From: a virus
Reading direction: 5' to 3' (one strand)
Virus record (IMG/VR): IMGVR_UViG_3300021446_000092
Coordinates: 1 to 51,500 of that record
DNA: 51,500 nucleotides
Made by a program: the position numbers and the translations under genes. The notes under the pieces were generated by a model, which was not told the DNA's origin, searched no databases, and worked only from the letters and a program-made list of their open reading frames with translations. Below, one piece after another: positions 49,019 to 51,500 of the stretch; within the stretch, counting starts at the first letter, position 1; the number at the start of each line of letters is the position of its first letter.

Positions 49019-49519
49019 TCACGGCGACTCACGCGGCGGAAGGGCTTCCGCGTGAGGAGTGGCCGTTCGGAACGTCTCCAGGTCGATTCGGAGTTGCTTC
49101 CCCGCGCCCACTTCGTCCGGTGTCTTGAGGTGGAACCCCGGGACTTGCTCCGCCAGTTCGTCCAGGTGGGTCCGCGCCTGCCGCTTGGAACACTCCGCCA
49201 CCGCGGACGCGGTTTCGGTGTCCACGTGCGACTTCCCACTCCGCGTGGCCTCGGCCTTCTCGATGAGATGCTCCACGACCTTGACCTTCCGAGCGCGCTT
49301 GCTCGGGCCGTCATCCGACAGGAGCGTCAGGAGGTACGTCCGCTCGGCCACCTCCCGGACCGTGTCCTCGACCGACGTGATGCGGTCTAAAAGTAGGTCA
49401 GCCTTCTCCACCGGACTCATCTCGTCCACCGCCGCGGGATCCTCGCTCACCGCGGCGGCCCCTTGGTGGAGTATCCGACGGAGCGCCGCCGCCTCCACCG
49501 GCTCCAGGCCGTCCGTCAT
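49019..49519 (-). CDS. Hypothetical protein (166 aa)
   Basis: Acidic ORF, ATGA-coupled upstream. Confidence 0.8.
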   Translation of the reverse strand: MTDGLEPVEAAALRRILHQGAAAVSEDPAAVDEMSPVEKADLLLDRITSVEDTVREVAERTYLLTLLSDDGPSKRARKVKVVEHLIEKAEATRSGKSHVDTETASAVAECSKRQARTHLDELAEQVPGFHLKTPDEVGAGKQLRIDLETFRTATPHAEALPPRESP

Positions 49520-49893
49520 ATCTGCCGGACCTCGCCACCGACGACGTACACCTCGCCGGTCCGCTTCAGCCGGTCCAAGGCGTCGTCGGCGGCGGACGGA
49601 GACACGCCCTCGTCCGTCGCCGCGGCGAGTAGCCGCCCCTCGTCCACGCCGTCAAGGTCCTCCTCGTCCGTGATACGGTCCAGGTGGCCCAGGAGTACGT
49701 CCCGCGGGGCGTCCGCCCGGCCGCCGTCCGGCTCCGTCTCCACGCCCGTCTCACGGACTTTCCGGGCGCGGAGCTTCTTTATCCGCTCCCGGATCCGCTC
49801 TTGCTCCCGCTCCAGTTCCTCGATTCGCGCGCCGATACGCTCCGTCTCCAGCCCCCGGCGGTCCGCCGGGGTAGTGTGTTCACCATCTGTCAT
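49516..49893 (-). CDS. Coiled-coil + winged-helix-like protein (125 aa)
   Basis: ATG 49893 (MTDGEHTTP). C-terminus GVDEGRLLAAATDEGVSPSAADDALDRLKRTGEVY resembles a wHTH. Confidence 0.75.
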   Translation of the reverse strand: MTDGEHTTPADRRGLETERIGARIEELEREQERIRERIKKLRARKVRETGVETEPDGGRADAPRDVLLGHLDRITDEEDLDGVDEGRLLAAATDEGVSPSAADDALDRLKRTGEVYVVGGEVRQI

Positions 49894-50011
49894 TGGTTCG
49901 GCCCGGCCGAACCGTTCACTCTCCGTAGTATTAGTTCGTTCGGACAGGAAAACCGCGTCAGAGAAGCAGCCGGACCGCAATGAAGGTGATGAACGCCGTT
50001 CCGCCGGGCAC

Positions 50012-50404
50012 CTACGGACGGAGCGCACCCCCGGACTCAACCGTGCAGTCGTCGTGCCGTTCCTCCGCTTCCCGGATCCGGTCTATCTCCCCCTCGGCGA
50101 CAGCGCACGCGCGGCGTATCTGCTCGGACTCGGACACCGGCTCGTACTCCCACCCGGTCAGGCGCTCCCGAAGCCGCTCCGTCCACGTCGGGGTGAGCCG
50201 CGCGCCGTCAAACCCGCCGGAGATGCGGCTGTCGCCGTCGGCGTCCCGGTGCGCGGTTGCGGACACGCACCGATAGTCGCCATCGGCGTCCTCGCGGACG
50301 ATGAACTTGACCATCCCGCCGCGGTACTCGTAGGCGTCCGTGTGGAGCGTGATGTTCGCCCGGAGCGCGTAGTCAAGCTCGCTCCCGCTGATGTTCGGCG
50401 TCAT
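50012..50404 (-). CDS. Hypothetical protein (130 aa)
   Basis: TGATG-coupled ORF with acidic composition. Confidence 0.75.
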   Translation of the reverse strand: MTPNISGSELDYALRANITLHTDAYEYRGGMVKFIVREDADGDYRCVSATAHRDADGDSRISGGFDGARLTPTWTERLRERLTGWEYEPVSESEQIRRACAVAEGEIDRIREAEERHDDCTVESGGALRP

Positions 50405-50700
50405 CAGGCCGCCCCCGCTACCGGACCTTCGTCGGGGTACTCGCTAATATCCCGGTCCGAGCAGGGGCCGCACCACCGCGCCGTCGGGGCCGGCTCCCCC
50501 ATCACGTTTACCTGCATACACTCGTCCGGGACCTGTTCCGACTCCGGGCGGCAGGCGACGTGCCACTCTCCGTGGAAGATGTTCACGCCACAGTCTTCAC
50601 ATTCTCCGGTTGGGTCAGGATCCGCGGCGTCACCGTCTGGTTCCTCATCCGTTGACCCAGGGGTGAACTCGTGTTCACAGGACGGGCACGTTACCGTCAT
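50404..50700 (-). CDS. Zinc-binding acidic protein (98 aa)
   Basis: CPSCEHEF...CEDCG...CGPC. Confidence 0.7.
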   Translation of the reverse strand: MTVTCPSCEHEFTPGSTDEEPDGDAADPDPTGECEDCGVNIFHGEWHVACRPESEQVPDECMQVNVMGEPAPTARWCGPCSDRDISEYPDEGPVAGAA

Positions 50701-51047
50701 TATGCGCTCCCTCCCGTCTCTACTACGTCACCGAGAACGTCGTGCTGGTCGGCGAGGCTCCGGATAGTTTCCTCTACCTCTGCGGCCGCCTCGACCTCGC
50801 CGTCGTCGAGCAGGACTTCGCGGTACACCGTCAGCGACGCCACGCCGCGGACCGCGTTCATCTCCCGGACCGTCACCGGGTCGTCCTCGTGTCCCTCGTT
50901 GAGGGAGCGGCGGAACGCCTCCACCTGCTGTGAGTCGTTGTCCAGCCCGCCCGCGAGCAGGAAGCCGCGGGCTTGGTCCAGCGCGGCGCGGAGCGTGCGC
51001 CGTTTGTCCGGGTCCAGTTCTATCTGTAGCTCGTCGTCTGGTGCCAT
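50700..51047 (-). CDS. Acidic helical hypothetical protein (115 aa)
   Basis: First gene after the tRNA-like spacer; the ATG at 51047 lies behind GGGAGGGAGG. Confidence 0.75.
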   Translation of the reverse strand: MAPDDELQIELDPDKRRTLRAALDQARGFLLAGGLDNDSQQVEAFRRSLNEGHEDDPVTVREMNAVRGVASLTVYREVLLDDGEVEAAAEVEETIRSLADQHDVLGDVVETGGSA

Positions 51048-51061
51048 GTGCAGTAGCCTCC

Positions 51062-51122
51062 CTCCCAGGTCGCCCCGGGAGAAGCCCCGCCGTGGAGTCG
51101 AACCACGGGCCGCCGCTCGGGG
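51062..51122 (-). ncRNA. Second tRNA-like minihelix element + hairpin (minus strand)
   Basis: The minus strand reads CCCCG-agcggcggc-CCGUGG-UUCGACU-CCACGG-CGGGG, then CUCCC...GGGAG. Same architecture and T-loop as 17529-17586. Confidence 0.45.
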
Positions 51123-51146
51123 TGCCGCAGGTGGTTGTGTGCGTTG

Positions 51147-51473
51147 CTACTCCGTCAAGACGAGCGGGTCGCTCGCGCTCCAGGGGCCGCCCGTATCGGA
51201 AGCCCCGTAGTGGTCGCGGGCGAGGTTGTGCATCCACTCGGAGAGGATGCCGCGGCTGATCCCGAGGTCGTCGGCCCAATCGGACAGTTCGTAGCCGGCG
51301 GAGTCGCGGAGGACCACGAGGTTGTCCGTCTCGGCCAGCTTCTCGATGTGTTCCTCGGCCACGTAGTCCTCGACTGAGAGCGAGGCGGAGCTGAGGTCGA
51401 TACCGTTTTCGGTGAGGCGCGCGCCGTCGTCGGTGCTGTTCTCGGTTGCGTCGTAGGCGTCAGTAGCGTTCAT
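51147..51473 (-). CDS. Acidic hypothetical protein (108 aa), cassette-driven
   Basis: ATG 51473 (MNATDAYDATE) directly follows ctcaagttcacc.... C-terminal LGISRGILSEWMHNLAR is HTH-like. Confidence 0.8.
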   Translation of the reverse strand: MNATDAYDATENSTDDGARLTENGIDLSSASLSVEDYVAEEHIEKLAETDNLVVLRDSAGYELSDWADDLGISRGILSEWMHNLARDHYGASDTGGPWSASDPLVLTE

Positions 51474-51500
51474 CTCAAGTTCACCTTCTACACTCAACTC
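51474..51500 (-). promoter_or_regulatory. Leader part of the promoter cassette, cut by the window end
   Basis: Identical to nt 1-27. Confidence 0.7.

Noticed and set aside
1-51500. A CRISPR array, suggested by the repeated ~70-nt element.
   Set aside because: Copies are kilobases apart at irregular spacing and occur in both orientations. Each abuts an ATG and contains TATA and SD-like motifs. This is a promoter/leader family, not a repeat-spacer array.

Overview
The window reads as the complete, circularly permuted genome (about 51.47 kb) of a GC-rich haloarchaeal tailed virus of siphovirus type. Its first 27 nt are identical to its last 27 nt. Evidence for a haloarchaeal host: strongly acidic predicted proteins, a TFB cyclin-repeat homologue, an archaeal Hjc-type resolvase, a Tat/lipobox signal and GGTGA Shine-Dalgarno motifs.

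Layout:
- Minus strand, 46595 down to 18412: a DNA-modification/regulatory block, then the packaging, head and tail module. In order: Dam-like methyltransferase, large terminase, portal-MuF fusion, XkdF-type protease/scaffold, HK97-fold major capsid protein, connector and neck proteins, major tail protein, chaperone-like proteins, tape measure, distal tail/baseplate proteins.
- Minus strand, 16615 down to 13201: tail-fibre/adhesin genes.
- Plus strand, 5042-13204: small regulators, an SPFH/band-7 module and Hjc.
- Minus strand, 51473 down to 47633: an early-type block.
- Minus strand, 4643 down to 374: two cassette-driven units carrying an HExxH peptidase and a vWA operon that includes the solo TFB repeat.

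Most genes are translationally coupled through ATGA or TGATG overlaps. I saw no integrase, DNA polymerase, rRNA, complete tRNA or CRISPR array.

Most notable observations:
1. A translationally coupled cluster (41772-46595) encodes a ParB-like protein, a 2OG-Fe(II) dioxygenase of likely TET/JBP type, an unknown 312-aa protein, a glycine-oxidase-family FAD enzyme and a P-loop kinase. This matches the logic of phage thymidine-hypermodification pathways.
2. A sequence at 9619-9685 satisfies every invariant position of a type III hammerhead ribozyme. It sits in an intergenic spacer.
3. Two related tRNA-like minihelices (acceptor-like stem plus a T-arm with a TTCGACT loop) lie in intergenic spacers just after the first cistron of cassette-driven transcripts.
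4. A roughly 70-nt promoter plus leader cassette occurs six or seven times. A non-coding cluster of GGTGAA motifs includes a 15-nt orphan copy of its translation-initiation region.

All functional calls come from reading the translations and motifs by eye. No database search was run.
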